Position numbers and translations under genes: made by a program
DNA from: Dicyema japonicum
Taxonomy: Eukaryota; Animalia; Dicyemida
Length of the DNA stretch: 64,000 bases
Direction of reading: 5' to 3'
Assembly: GCA_011109175.1 (NCBI GenBank)
Contig: RDEW01000017.1
Coordinates: forward strand, 248,001-312,000
In this document: positions 1-13,299 of the stretch, piece by piece
Layout of the letters: every line of letters starts with the position of its first letter
How positions within the stretch are numbered: the stretch's first letter is position 1
Notes under the pieces: model-generated
The model's database searches: none
The model's input: only the letters and a program-made list of their open reading frames with translations
What the model was told of the DNA's origin: nothing

Positions 1-55
1 GCAACGTCGGTAATGTCGGCGGGGACCACTTTGGATGGATTGCTGTGTTAATTAA
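1..55 (+). mobile_element. 3' tip of CRE-like non-LTR retrotransposon
   Basis: Reads ATSVMSAGTTLDGLLC* then an AT-rich tail; resembles the RGNA-x-x-V-L-G terminus seen in other CRE fragments in this window. Confidence 0.35.
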
Positions 56-794
56 TTATTGTTACTTTTAAAATTTGTTATTAATCTCAGATTATAGAAA
101 AAAATAATTTTCAAGAAGCCGCACACCTCGATAAGAAGATCTCCTATATGATCCTTCAGTAGAGACTCTTAAGTTTCAATAGAAGCAATGTCTCTAAGTA
201 CTAGAAGCAATGTCTGTTAACGTCTAATAAATTTGTGCACAGCTTAAAATCTACTAAGTGCGATCAGCGAATCATGAATTTCTAAATTCCTTAAAAACAG
301 TTCAGCAGAACTTCAAAGTAAATTCTCTAAAACTACGCAGTACTATGAATTGATTGTACAAATTTTGAGATTAAGGTCATAAATGGTCAAGACCCAAAGC
401 GGATAAACGACAATGTGATTTTCATAGTTACTACGCAATTTTATCGATTTATTGACCATAGCCTTACTACTTCACTGAAACGAAGGAATCAGTTGGTTGA
501 CCAACAAAATAGTATTCTGTAGCTGTTATACGGACTATTAATAATTAAATTAATAAATTAATTGTTTTGGGTAATTTCCATCTACATTTCTATCGTAACT
601 AGGTCAACTTCATGATTGATAAAACGAGGTGACGGACTTAGTGAACATCAGAAATTTGAAGTTATGAACAAAGGAAGTGTCACGTAGGACCCGGATTAGA
701 ATCCCATCCTGCCCTAATTTGAAAAAAATAATATAATTAAACACTACCGCGTTGCCATGAGCACGTAAGATGTCTAGAATTTCGCTCGTACATA

Positions 795-1068
795 ACACAC
801 ATTTTATTTAAGTAAAGAACAGTTATTATAACTAATCGTAGAGGGAGAACCAAGGAATGCTCTTCACTTTTTTGTTTGTTTTTCTTCTTGTGTGTATGTC
901 CTTTTGACTCTCCAGTTCCTCAGTGAATCTCCACTGATGACGGCGTCACTCGTCAAGCCCTTTTCGCATCGTAGATGCGTGGAACCTTCCATCAGATGAA
1001 CAGCAGCGAGAATCGAACCCGTGACCTAAGCCACTTTAGCCCGACACCTAACCACTATGCCGCCTGGC
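795..1068 (-). mobile_element. tRNA-derived SINE, family A
   Basis: Minus-strand head GGCGGCATAGTGGTTAGG...GGGTTCGATTCTCG (Pol III A and B boxes); closely similar over about 270 nt to 22609-22935. Confidence 0.85.
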
Positions 1069-1379
1069 TTAAAAAATAAATAATCTTTCAGAAGTTACAG
1101 TATACGATGATAGTTTATGATTCCATATATGAACTTGTGGTAAAATTAATTAAAATAAAAATTTGTAAAAACATTTTGTGGTAAGTTTTTAATTTTTCTT
1201 ATACTCCGAATATAAATAAAAGGAGATTTCTATGGCATGCTCTTAGAATAGACCTAGAGTTAGGACTGAACATACAAAAATGGAAAAAATTAACTATTCG
1301 TTTGATTTCTCGTGCTGCAAAGTCTTTTTTATTTTCGAGACTCATGAACGACACTTCATCAATTCTATATCTCCCACCT

Positions 1380-1560
1380 TTACGATTTGCTCTTCCCCAC
1401 TCAACTGGAGGGGTTTTCACAACTGCATGTAATGGAGGTCTTACCTTTTATGTTGATTCCGGATGGACTCTGTTTCTGTAGAAGTGGAAACTGGATACAC
1501 TTAATTAGTTGGCTACTTTAACTTCTTTCTCGGTGTATCCTGGGTTAATAAATAAATAAT
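1380..1560 (+). mobile_element. SINE family B, 3' half
   Basis: Matches 26950-27125; terminal stem GGATACAC(1493-1500)/GTGTATCC(1533-1540). Confidence 0.8.
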
Positions 1561-2022
1561 ATCTCCCAATAACATTATCGGGAAATAAGCTTAATGTTGT
1601 GTGTATGAATATATGCGACACGATAATTCAGTTGTCTAGTTTTGATTTAAAGTTCTTAGGAGACTTGAAATAAGTACTTTATTATTACATTTGTAAGAAG
1701 AAGAGTGTTTAAATTAGCAGTATAAAAAATCAAGTTTTGATTTTTACACACGTGGGATGTCTCCCATTATCACCCATCTTCGGGATCTCTGGGATCTTGC
1801 ATTAGTGCCTAGAAATGATTAAAGTGGAAAGTTTTTGAAATTAGCATTGAGGTCACGCCACTTGACTGGATGATATTGATCGAATTTTTCAGAAACTCAA
1901 ATTCTTCATACTTGAACGATATTTCCAAACGAATAATATTATGCCAGGACAAGAATACTCACAATACCACTACTGGATGCTTTCATGAGACGAGAGTAAC
2001 GTGTGGAGTAGATGAGTTACAC

Positions 2023-2100
2023 CAGCGGTTCTCAACCTGGGCGATATCGTCAAAATTTGGCGGTAGATTTTTAATTATTGATTTTTTTAATTTTTATAGA
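2023..2100 (+). mobile_element. hAT terminal fragment
   Basis: Starts CAGCGGTTCTCAACCTG, a hAT (Charlie/Buster-type) TIR; partner end not found. Confidence 0.4.
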
Positions 2101-2111
2101 AAGAACGAAAG

Positions 2112-5110
2112 TTAGTTAGTTAGTTAGTTAGTTAAGAGCTCTTTCGCGTGGCCCTAAAGGGGTTCGCTTGAGCCATGTTTTTGCAGCCGTCCTCCTCGCC
2201 ATCCTCGCCCACGCCATCTTGTTCCTGGCCCTCATTCGAACATCATCCAGATCGTCCGCTGTCACCAATTTACGACTATTTTGTTGGTAGTCATCTTTTA
2301 AGCAAGTTGGAAGTGTGTTTTCTTGGTCTGCCTCGAAATCCGCGACTTCCGGCGTAGTAGAAATATTCTTCCATTATTCTGTTACATGGCGTAGTCGGGT
2401 CCAGTCTGAGGATATGTCCAAATAGTCCGCCATCTCGATAAAATAACATCGGTGCTGAGTGGTCTGGATTTACATCGTGAATATAGATTTTCATTTGAGA
2501 TTTTCTCGGCCAAAAAATTCCAATCAACATGCGGAGTTGGTTCCTGTGAAAAAGTATCTTAGCTTCTCTAAATCAATTTTAGAACATGCCCATGTTCCGG
2601 AATGTATAGCAAAATTGGTTTAACAAACGTGTCGTATAGTCTGACACGAAGTTTCAGTGATACATGTTTTTTCCTATCCAAATTTGTACATTTTTTTGAA
2701 GTATAATGGTAGCCAGCATTTTCCTTCGACAAATATCCTCAGCATCACCTAGCAGTGAGCCGAGTTTTTTGGTATGTCTCCAGCACTCATCGTTCCTTGA
2801 TTCTGCTCGTTCGACTCGTGTATAATCAGTTTTTTTAATGTTTATGGCGTAAATCCCAATTCTTAAAAAATACGTTCGGCTTGAAGTAAAATTTGGTCAA
2901 GTATTTCTTGGTCGGTAGACACAAAGTCTACATCATCCGCATAAATTAACTCTGTTATGTCCCGGTATTTAGGACCCATGACATTTCTCAATTCCTTGAG
3001 CGCAGCTTCGAGGTAAACAATAAATATAATTGGGGACAAGGAATCTCCTTGTGGAGTGCCCATGTTGGTACTGAAACTCTTCGAATGCTTTGTTCCTATT
3101 CTCACGGATAGGTCAGTTTCGGAAAGTAATAAACTTATTAGTCTCAGGCAGTCCTCGTCAAGCAGTTCCTTTAGAACAATCATGAGTTTTTCTCTATTGA
3201 TGCTGTCAAAAGCCTTCGTTAGATCAATTCCTAGGATGTAGATTACTTTCGTGTATTTTTGACATATTGATGTGAGCCATCGATGACTCCACACAATATC
3301 TGAGGTTGATCTTCCACTTCTAAACCCACTTTGACTTAGGGAAAGGTATTTTTCCACTGGCTCTCGTATACGGTTAAGCACTATGATCGATAAGGTTTTC
3401 CTGATAACTGACAATAGAATAATAGGTCTTAGTCCGTCCAACGACCCTTCTTTTTTCCCAGGTTTATGTATTGGAATTAAGACTCCATGTCCCAAAGGAA
3501 GTGGACAGTGAAGTTCCATCGACTCATTTAAGATATTCGTGATTATATTCCCAACAGTAACCGGGGCATGTTTTAGTAACTCACCCGGAATGCCATCATA
3601 ACCAGCCGACCGATTTCCCTTTAGATGCATAAATGCATCGGTTACTTCCTTTATTGTAATTTTGTTTGTAAGGGGTCTCGGATATCCAATAAATTTAGGT
3701 ACATTCATCCCTTCAGATTTAAACAACGACTCGAAGTGTCTAGCAATATAATTTGCTTTATCCTCAGGGTTTTGAAGATATTGACCTTCGTCGTCACAGA
3801 CTTTCAGTGGTTTCTTTGCAGTTCCTCGTGTAAGTAGTCTAACAGCAGAGAACATTCGTCTTCCATACTGACAGTTTTCGATTTCAGTTGCTTTATCGTC
3901 CAAATATTTGTGCCAAAGGATATTTGATCGTCTTCTTATCAGATGCGATATTTGATTGCGTTTTCTCCTTAATGCACATTTATTCGAATTTGAACTTCCC
4001 AGTTTCGAACGTATTTCTTTCTGCTGCTCAGACAATTCTCGAATTAAGGGGTCATGAATCATTCGTCTATTTTGGTCTTTTTCCTGGTATCCAACAGTCT
4101 CTATCGCCGACAGTTTTAGAATATCCAAGATCTTCCCGAGGTCAGTCGAGGGGGTGCCACTGGGTTCAACTCCACGTAAACGTTTAGAGACATTTTGTTG
4201 GTATCTCTTTTGCCAAGTGTCAAAAGTCAACATTTCCACAGCCAAACGTCTATTTAGAGGTGTGCTTTTCCTCTTGACTGCCTCAATTCCGTAGTATCGT
4301 TTGAGATTTAATCTGGCCACCGTTAACTTATGGTCACTGTCAGTAGTGGTTCCTCCATAACTCCTAGAGTCAGACAGAAGTCTCTTCAAGGAGATAGGGC
4401 AGATAATGTAGTCTATTTGGTTAAATATGCACGTATGTTCGTCTTTGGACCTTCTTATGCCAACCCAGGTAGTTCTATGTTTTGCTGGGTGTTTAAAAGT
4501 GGTATTACACAAATACAGATTTGATGAATTACAAAAATCCATGAGTGAATGTCCAGAGAGATTACGATACCCTCTGCCATATTTTCCCATACAGACTTCG
4601 TCGTGCCTTCTCATGCCAGCCTTGGCATTCCAGTCACCACAGATAAATATAAGTGCAGATCGATGAACTCGCATATATGTATTCGATAGGATTTGATAAA
4701 ACTCATCCATATTTTTGGAAACTCTGCCCATGTGTGGGGCATATACATTGATAACAGTCATCATAGTATTGTTTGTAGATGATAAACACAATTGCATAAC
4801 GGCAACACGATCACTGACTGTCCATACTTTATGCAAGCAGTTCACTAGGTTCGAGTTAATTGCAAAACCAAGACCGTAGTGTCGATTTTCTACTGGGAGT
4901 AGAAGAATCCGGTAGTTACCAATGGTTTCATCGGATCCTAGAGCGTTCTTTGTTTCCTGTATGCAGCAAATGTCGATTTTGTAACGGGACAGATCTTCGG
5001 ATAATAGTTCCCTCTTGATCAGAGATGAGAGGCCACGAACGTTGTATGTGGCGATGGAAAACAAGGATTTTGCATTTAGACATGAAAGACATGAATTTTT
5101 CTAGAGAAGA
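2112..5110 (-). mobile_element. Near full-length RTE-clade LINE (APE endonuclease + RT)
   Basis: 733-aa uninterrupted ORF 2863-5064 with NVRGL, QET, GDWNAK, NQIDYI, SDH (APE) and GTPQGDSLSP, YADDV (RT); C-terminus continues in shifted frames (LFGHILRL, RGRP); (TAAC)n tail at about 2112-2135. Confidence 0.95.
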
Positions 5111-5184
5111 AAACAGAAGCACGTCACCATCAACCGAAACAATGAATTTTTTAAAGTAAAAAGATTAAAAAAGATTAAAAATAA

Positions 5185-5340
5185 ACCCACTTTATTTAAC
5201 CAACAATTAAAAAGTTAATATTTAATAAGCAACAACCCTCCTTGCCTGCCATTCTGGTTGCTGAAACAACTCCGAGAGCGCCTTGTCCAATTGAGCCTCT
5301 GCCGTATGGCATCTCCGGCTTTCCCTCCTATAAAAATAGA
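5185..5340 (-). mobile_element. 3' end of R4/Dong-like RLE non-LTR element
   Basis: Highly similar to 15255-15440, including the 3' UTR. Confidence 0.75.
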
Positions 5341-5414
5341 TTAAAAATTATTATTAAATTTTTTAATAAAATATTTTTTGACAAACAAATTAAATAAATA
5401 AATAAAACAAACAA

Positions 5415-5480
5415 ATGTTAGTTGAGGAAGCCGGCTGCGTGGATTGCGAACGAGTTCCCTCGAAGTATGGCCATTTCAAA
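5415..5480 (-). mobile_element. CRE-like 3' tip
   Basis: EMAILRGNSFAIHAAGFLN* matches the RGN terminal motif. Confidence 0.5.
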
Positions 5481-5594
5481 CTTTATTAAATTAAATTAAC
5501 TAAGATTTTTTAGAAGGCCACATGAATTATTAAGAAATTACCAAAGCATATTCTTATCATTTTTTATCCCAAGTCCCATTGAAGAAATAAAGCC

Positions 5595-5760
5595 ATTTGT
5601 CTAATATGGAATATTACTTGTCAAATGAAGCAATGAAACCATCAAGACTATTGCGGCATTTTCGAAGCAAGGATTCGTCTAAACTTGACAAACGTAACGA
5701 ATACTTTGAAATACGAAATAAGAACTATTTCAACACTCCTAAATCAAACAAAAATATAAA
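5595..5760 (+). mobile_element. hAT (Buster/Charlie) transposase fragment
   Basis: LSNEAMKPSRLLRHF is the diagnostic N-terminal motif of this group. Confidence 0.7.
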
Positions 5761-7089
5761 GAACATAAACTACAAGCCAATAGTTAGCATTTAGTTATTT
5801 TTAGACGGATTGAAAACCTTTATAAAATTCTGATTGGTCGGAAAACGGACTGTTCCTATACGATTTGAGGTCTGATTGTTCATCACTGAAATTGATATAT
5901 CGGATGTTGTGGTGTCTCAGCGGAAATCATAAAAAATTCCACTCAGCAATGATCCCACCGTCGAAGAATCGACGAAATGAGCATAAATATTGAGTTGGGT
6001 TTTAATGAGGTTAGTAGAGATTAAGACTACTTTAAATATCTTTGACGTTACAAGGATCATGTAACATTATAAATGCTAAAAGATAATAAATTTTTTATGA
6101 TTTCCAAAAAAATAAATTTGTCACTGAATTCGAAAAAATTGAATTTAGCGTTTTCCATAATTTTTCACCTGAGTTCGACAGTAACTTGACTGGAATTTCA
6201 TATCCCAATTTTTTAAAGAAATCAATAAATTTAGTAAAATCATTCGTTTCATTCATTTGTTTCATTCTTTACCAGAAAATGTAAATATTTCTAATTTTTT
6301 GTTTACCAAACAGAAATAAAATTTTCATTTTTAGGTCTATTTAATTGACTTTTTAAGTTCATTTTTGAATTTAGAGCAACTTGTCGTTGCCCTATTATCA
6401 GTAAAAACTAAACTTTTCGTTTTCTGATTAATTTGATATTCCTCAGAAAATTATTATTCAAATACAAAATTCTAAACTCCGATAAGAGAGTTTTTGAATA
6501 CTCAATTTCTCGATTTACCAGAATTCGAAAATTTCGAAAAATGTTAATTCGATCTCTCAGATAATCTGTAGTTTCAACTTTATATCTCGTTTGAGAGGGG
6601 ATACAGCTCACTTGGGAGTTCGCTATCACAGAGTTATTGAAGTTCAATGTACAAATTTTATCGTGTGAATGACTGGATGACAGTCGCGAATGGGCACATG
6701 TGGAAACTTAGTATATTTTACATTTTGTTCCTATGATATCGTCAATAATAATGAATTTTTCACTCCCAGTAAATTGATTAATGAATTTAACCAAATTCAA
6801 ATACAAGTCGCACTAGCACTAAGCGGGACCTGGGAGCATATGATGGTACGACATCGAAGAGCTCTTACATTAATTTGATAACCCTCAATATAAAGGAAAG
6901 ACGCAAGAGTAACTAACACCTGGTTAAGGTATATCCAGTTCCTACGGTTGGAGTGTGATGAATCCTTTCCAAATGTCGCATGCCATTACGGTTACTGATG
7001 CCATAACAGTTACGGTGGTAATAAGGTCAGTCAGGGACATTGTATTAAATATTTATTTTGCATTAATAATAAAGCTCACTGACACTGTT

Positions 7090-7200
7090 AAACAGAATCA
7101 GATCGCTCACCGCAAAAATGATAGTAAAGATAAGAGCTGGCTAATTGAGCGCATTTCCTTGCAAATTGTCAGGGGAAATGCATTCTCGATTATGTGAACA
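7090..7200 (+). mobile_element. CRE-like 3' fragment
   Basis: SWLIERISLQIVRGNAFSIM*. Confidence 0.65.
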
Positions 7201-7289
7201 GCCTGTAATTGCTAACTTAATTTTTGCCTTGAATCTGCTGCATAAATAAAAAGTAACTAATGAATGTGACATGAGCATCATGTCCATCC

Positions 7290-7520
7290 ATATCCGCCAT
7301 TATGGGAACCCCTCGGCTGGAGTAGGGAGGAGATAGATTCTTTTTTGCATGTCGGGCAGGCACTGGGATTATCCCAAGTCAAGTGAATTATTGCATCAGG
7401 ACCATTGAGTTAAAAGAGAAAGAATGTCCCATCTAACTAAGTGATCAAAGCCCGACAAAAGGCATCTTGAACCACTATTCATAACAGGCTCGGAGTCTTC
7501 TCCTATCTCAGGTGAATCCC
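7290..7520 (-). mobile_element. SINE family B, diverged copy
   Basis: Reverse complement contains cccagtgcc..aaaaaagaatc..ctactcc..gaggggttccc of the family core. Confidence 0.6.
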
Positions 7521-7624
7521 ATGACGACGGTGTAAATTTAAATTTTTATTACAATAAAAATAATAACACGTGTATTAAAATAACTCTAAATAAAAGAAAA
7601 TAAATCTTTAACGGATCAATCTAT

Positions 7625-7865
7625 GATTGCGTGGCACCATGTGGTGCTACGTGGATAGTTTGTCGAAGTTATTTTCCTTTCTTCGATGGCTTCACTGGAT
7701 CCACCTTACTGAGGAGGCGCCCATTGCCTGGCCAGGATCAAGAGGATCCAACAATTCTTCCCCGGGAACAACTTCGTTACCTGGTGACAAGTTCTGGAAT
7801 GCTGGAACGAGTCAGGATCGAGGAGTTAGTTAGTTTGGTTACCCTTGGTCTTTGGAAATAATTTT
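7625..7865 (+). mobile_element. SINE family B2
   Basis: Aligns end to end with 44627-44870; head GCGTGGCACCATGTGGTGCTA shared with the copy at 23952. Confidence 0.85.
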
Positions 7866-8021
7866 AATTTAATTAACCATCCAACGAGAAAACTTTAAAT
7901 AAAATAAATAAAAGATTGTTCGATATTTTGGGGCATTGGTTCACATTGTGGGTCATAACTGCGTGGTAATTATTGATGACGTAATCAACTCATATAAATT
8001 TTAAGATATTATAATTATTCA

Positions 8022-11000
8022 ATGTGGAGTGAGATTTATGACGTGATTGTGGGAGACGATGGAATTTGCACCAACAAGCACTTTCGCTCTTCCAAAGGTA
8101 GAAATGGAAAAATTCAGTTCAGGGACTATTCTTAGACTTAAATTGAGTCCAAGCCTGGAATTCAGGAAAATTGAAGTCAAACAAACATGCCGATGACCGA
8201 AGAGCACGATGGATTCATTAGGACCAAATATTATTCTGTTCTTCTAACCTCCGACTATTTGATTCCCGAGAATGGCGGGGCATTCAATTACTACATAAAA
8301 GACTCACAAAGGTTATATTTTCTTCTGACTTGTAAGCTTTGAAATTTTGGCGGAGGGCTGTTTTGTAGTCGAACCTGAGCTCAGGGTCGGTCCTCGACTG
8401 GACAAGATAATCAAGCCTGAGGAGATCTCTTGCCAGACATACATCGTAAAATCCCTCGGTCCCCTCAACGAGTGGAAAGAAAGGTATTTTTAGGATTTTC
8501 AAGGTAAGATTGCAAGTAGCTAAACAATGTGGTTTCAATATGGTCCACCTGACTCCTGTTCAACAACTTGGAGTGTCGAACTCTAGCTACAGCATCAGGG
8601 ACCAATTTTCTCTCAATTCAACTTTACAATGTGGAGATATGGGAGATTTGATTAACTTTGTGGATAACATTAGACGGGAATGGAAAATTCTCACAATAAG
8701 TGACGTTGTGCTCAACCATACCTCAAAATGTTCTCCGTGGATTGCGGAATACCCGGAATGCTGGTTTTAATCACCATGTGACTATTTTAGCTACAATCTC
8801 AAGATATGTCCCCACCTGAGACCAGCCTACCTTATAGATCGGGCAATTTTCCATTTTAACAATGAAATATCGCAGGGTAAGTTCAAATCTCGTGGACTTC
8901 CACCACAAATTCGTTCAGAAGAGCATCTCGGGGTAAAGACACTCAAAGTAATATATAGGTGCTTCACAGCCTTTTAAAATATGAAATCTTCCCTCGTCTT
9001 AAAATCTATGAAATGTTTTGCTGCAACGTCGACAACATCATAAATGAATTTTTGAACCAAAATTTTGATAAACCGACGAAATCTGAAAAAGTCGATGACA
9101 TTCAACTGACATTGATAGCAGACAAGGAATTTAGGCGTAACGAGGCGTCGGTCGACATGCTCCTGGCTCAGAGGCGGTACGGAAACGATAAAGCGAGTAA
9201 TTTGGAAGAGCTTCGAAGAGCACTAATGAAACTTAATGAGGAGAAAAAGAATGAAATAAACAGACACGTTGAAGCAGCAGCCTCGAATTGCGTGGACAAT
9301 ACTAGATATAATTTCGTCGACCCACGTGGGCATAAATGGGATAGAGTGAGTCAAGAGACGCCAATTATGAGATTGTCATTTAATTTTAACTATTCTAAGC
9401 TATTTCATGAAACTTCATGACTCCGAGTTGACTTTGGAGGAGGAAGAGGAGGAGATGTATGGTGAGAATTCCAAGTATATGGTTTCCTTCAATGGATGGG
9501 TCATGGGATGGGATTCACTTAAGGATTTTGCAGCACCTGGTTCCTTGATTTACTGATTGAGTCAGATAGTAACATTTATTTGAGACGGGAGTTGGTAGTT
9601 TGGGGAGATTCTGTTAAATTGCGATACGGAGGCTGTTTTGAGGACTCTCCTTATTTGTGGAAGCGAATGGAGGATTATGTCACCTCAGTGGCTCGTGTTT
9701 TTCATGGAATTCGGCTCGATAATTGTCATAGTACACCACTGCACGTGGCTCAGTATATGGTGGATGCAATGAGACGGGTGAATTCAAATTTGTACGTTGT
9801 GGCCGAACTTTTCACCGGATCAGAAGAGACTGACAGTATTTTTAGTAACATTCTTGGAATTACTTCACTCGTCAGAGGTTCTTATTCTCTCAAAGTCCTC
9901 TAGAAGCATTTAATGCTTGGGATCCCCACGAACTTGGCCGTCTTGTTTATAAATTCGGGGGTAATCCAGTTGGTACCTTCAACATGCCGTTCTCAAGGAC
10001 TCTTAGACCTTCTTTGCCTCATGCAATACTCATGGACCTCACTCATGACAATCCATCGCCTCTAAAGGTTTTAACTTTTTTCAATATCTCAGGAACGATC
10101 CTTGTTATATTTACTGCCGACGAGTTCTTTGATTTCTATTGCTGGTTGTGCCATTGGGTCGACACGTGGGTATGACGAATTCATTCCTCATCATGTTTGG
10201 TTTTTTACTAAAATATCTCCAGATTGATATTGTCACAGAAAAAAGACTATATATGCCATTTTGTAGCAACTCGGGTAATTTATACGAATGTCGTCTTGAA
10301 CTGAACAATTTACACAGTCGTCTTTGGGAAGAAGGATATGACGAGGTTAAGAGAGATCAATATCGTTAGATTTTTGTGGATCAAATGACTCCAAATATTA
10401 TTGCCATTACACGTAGGAATTCAGTAAGCCTCAACACTGTGATCATGATCGCTTACAATAGCTTCAACAATGACTACAAAGCCGATGTTCCGTGTCGACC
10501 ACTGTGTGTACAGGGTTATCTGTGTTACCTATGTTGTAGGGGACATTAATGAAATCCTAATGGAGGCCTCTGTCTATAAAGACAGAAATACTAAATATGT
10601 CCCCGATGACATTATTATTAATGGAATTGAAGGCCTAGTCGTCTCATTTGCTACTAATTTTCATCCAGGAATATCAAAAATGCTTAAATATCAAAAAACG
10701 GAGACCAAAATGTAATCTCTTTGACTTCAAATTTCACTCCTGGTTCAGTTGTAGCTTTTCGGTAGGTTTTATGTTAATATTAGTGTTGACCTTCCGTCTG
10801 AACTTGCAGCTCTACAAAGAAAAGTTTTGGGGAGATCTGAAGATTTCATATTTAATGAGCATTTGTATGAAGAAATTGACAAATTGACTTTATTGGATCT
10901 AAATAAAATACTCTTTCGACATCACAGCGAAGAGAGTGACTCAAACAAGTACTACATCCCGGAGTATGACTTTCCTGTGTACAACGGACTCCAAGGTTAG

Positions 11001-13000
11001 TATGATTTTCACAATCATTAGGTCAGTTTAGCCTGATTGATGAAATAATAAGAACTAACCACCAAACTCATCCTCTCTGTCGAAATCTGAGGGATGGGAA
11101 TTGGCTGATGAATCATACTGTTGATCGTCTCTTTAATTTGGGGTTCAAATCAGTATGTGCTTTTGTTTATGTAGGTTGGAACGTGGCTGAGTCGTATTGT
11201 TGACATGATCGGAAAGCTCCCCAGGTCGGCAGTCCCTCCCAAGTACTTCTACGTTATTTCTGGTCTCCACAGCCTCCTTACTAAACGTTGTGAACGACTT
11301 TTATCGTATTTTTATGATACTTTAAGATAAAGTCAGAATTCTTACGTAAGAGAAGGGACCTTAATGAGAATGCTCAAATTAGGGTCAGTGGTCTTGTTTG
11401 GAGAAGTAGAAGGGGCGAGTCTTCCCCCAGTCGCTGTTGAATTGTCGAACAAGGCCAGTTTGGCTGCTGGTTGTCTAAAATTCGAATTAAAGGTCTCCCA
11501 CACTTTTCACATGGAGTATTCCGAAATTGGGGAAGGGATACGTTTATATCCCTCCGAGGATTGCTTCTCTTGACTGGTCGGTTTGAAGAGGCAAGGTATT
11601 TTGTCACATGGCAATTTTAGAGTCACTATTCTGGGATTTGCTGGGACTCTCTTCCATGGATTGATTCCAAATTTATTGGGAGAAGGGGTCTGCTCTCGAT
11701 ACAATGCACGTGACGCGGTGTGGTTTTGGCTGCAGTCCATCAAAGATTACGTTACCATGAGAGGAAAGCTAGGGGTGGAGATCCTCAATGATCCAGTGCT
11801 TAGAATATGTCCCAAAGGTGTGGAAAGTGCTTCTCCCAAAGTAATTGTCGGGTAAATCTTTCAGATTCAACCCCTCTGTGATGTCATGCAGGAAGCACTC
11901 GTAGAACATTTTGTTGGAATTTCTTTCCGTGAGATAAACGCAGGATTCCACATTGATAATAATATGTCTGATGAAGGTTATGCTTTCACGTGAATTTTTC
12001 AGGATTCAATGTGACTGCTGGCGTGTCGTATGAAAATGGATTCATATACGGAGGGAATTTGCACAATTGTGGTACTTGGATGGATAAGATGGGCTCGTGT
12101 GAGGCTTCTGGGAACAAAGGGATTCCTGCTAGTCCTCGGTATTTTAATTGTCATATTTAAAGCGATGGATCCGCCATTGAATTAGTTGGGCTTTGTTATT
12201 CTGTGGTTAACTGGTTGGCGAAGCTTCATGAACAAGGGATCTATCCCTATAAAGGAGTTGAACAAAAATCTGATAATGGCTCTCCTCTTTCCTGGACTTG
12301 GTCTTATTGGGCTCAAATTATTTCTGAAAATTTCGAAAAATCTTTTTACATCCCTACTGAGTCCCCGGCTGTTTCTCCCTACGTGTTCAGACGGGGAATT
12401 TATAAGGATTGTCTTGGAAGCAGTCAGTCATGGCCCGACTACCAGCTGAGGCCTAACTTTTGTCTCGCCATGGTGTACGCTCCTGAGTTATTCGACGTTT
12501 CGCATGCCTGGGGAGCTCTCAGATTGGCAGAGGACATTTTGTTAGGTCCCTTAGGGATGAAAACTCTTGATCCGGGGTTTTTTTGATTACTATGTTAGAG
12601 ATTGGAACTATAACGGGACCTATACGGGTGATGTGGTCAGTGATCCAAAGTTGTCGTGTGGATTCAACTACCATCAGGGACCAGTTTGTTATTGGGTAAT
12701 TCAATTTAGGAGTGGATTTGGATATGTGGAATATTTTTGAGGGCAAAGTGGATCTTTTCTAAAAGGATGGATTTTGAGTGTCCTGTGACTTCGGAATCAA
12801 CACGTGCTAGTATAAACAAATATGTTATGAACCATTATAATGCCATAAAAGAATCTGAATGGCGAGGATTGGATGAACTTACGAATGAGAATGGAGCTGT
12901 AGTTTTAATGCTTATTTACTAGCACTGTTATGCCAGTTGTCGTATCCAAACATGGAGTATGGCTACTTTTGTTGAACTGTTACACGATCTTAACGAATAA
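8022..13000 (+). CDS. AGL: Glycogen debranching enzyme, about 24 introns of 22-28 nt
   Basis: Spliced product has [120 protein letters not shown]; two 1-nt indels (about 8180 and 10695). Confidence 0.97.
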
Positions 13001-13299
13001 ATGCAAGTGACAGACAACTCATAATATTTCTAATAAAACTGTGTTTTTTATACTAGTTAAGGGGAGATTAGTATTTCCTACTTAGATCATAAGGAGCGAA
13101 GGCATTATCCGCTGCATTAAAGGCGGACAGGTTTCTCGATTTGTACACTTACGGGACGATTAGTATCAGGGGAGCTGGAACAATAAGAAGGAATCTTTGT
13201 TTTTTCTCAAGACTCTGGGACATCTGGTCACGGTAAGGTGATATGATGTCTGCGAAACTCATTGTTCTACAGTTAATGGTGATTTTGCGGTTAAGAATT

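Noticed and set aside
934-960. Hammerhead ribozyme at CTGATGA in SINE A (also about 22805)
   Set aside because: No GAAA or NUH in the required geometry, and it lies on the antisense strand of the SINE.
1001-1068. Genuine tRNA genes (also 15828, 19656, 22870, 30695)
   Set aside because: A/B boxes are present, but the acceptor stem does not pair and each continues into a shared SINE body.
3056-4666. Plus-strand ORFs over the RTE, and similar antisense ORFs over AP3B and BRD8
   Set aside because: Shadow ORFs of coding sequence on the opposite strand.
8022-13000. Stop-codon reassignment as in Paramecium or Euplotes
   Set aside because: In-frame stops fall inside removable micro-introns, and genes end in TAA, TAG or TGA.
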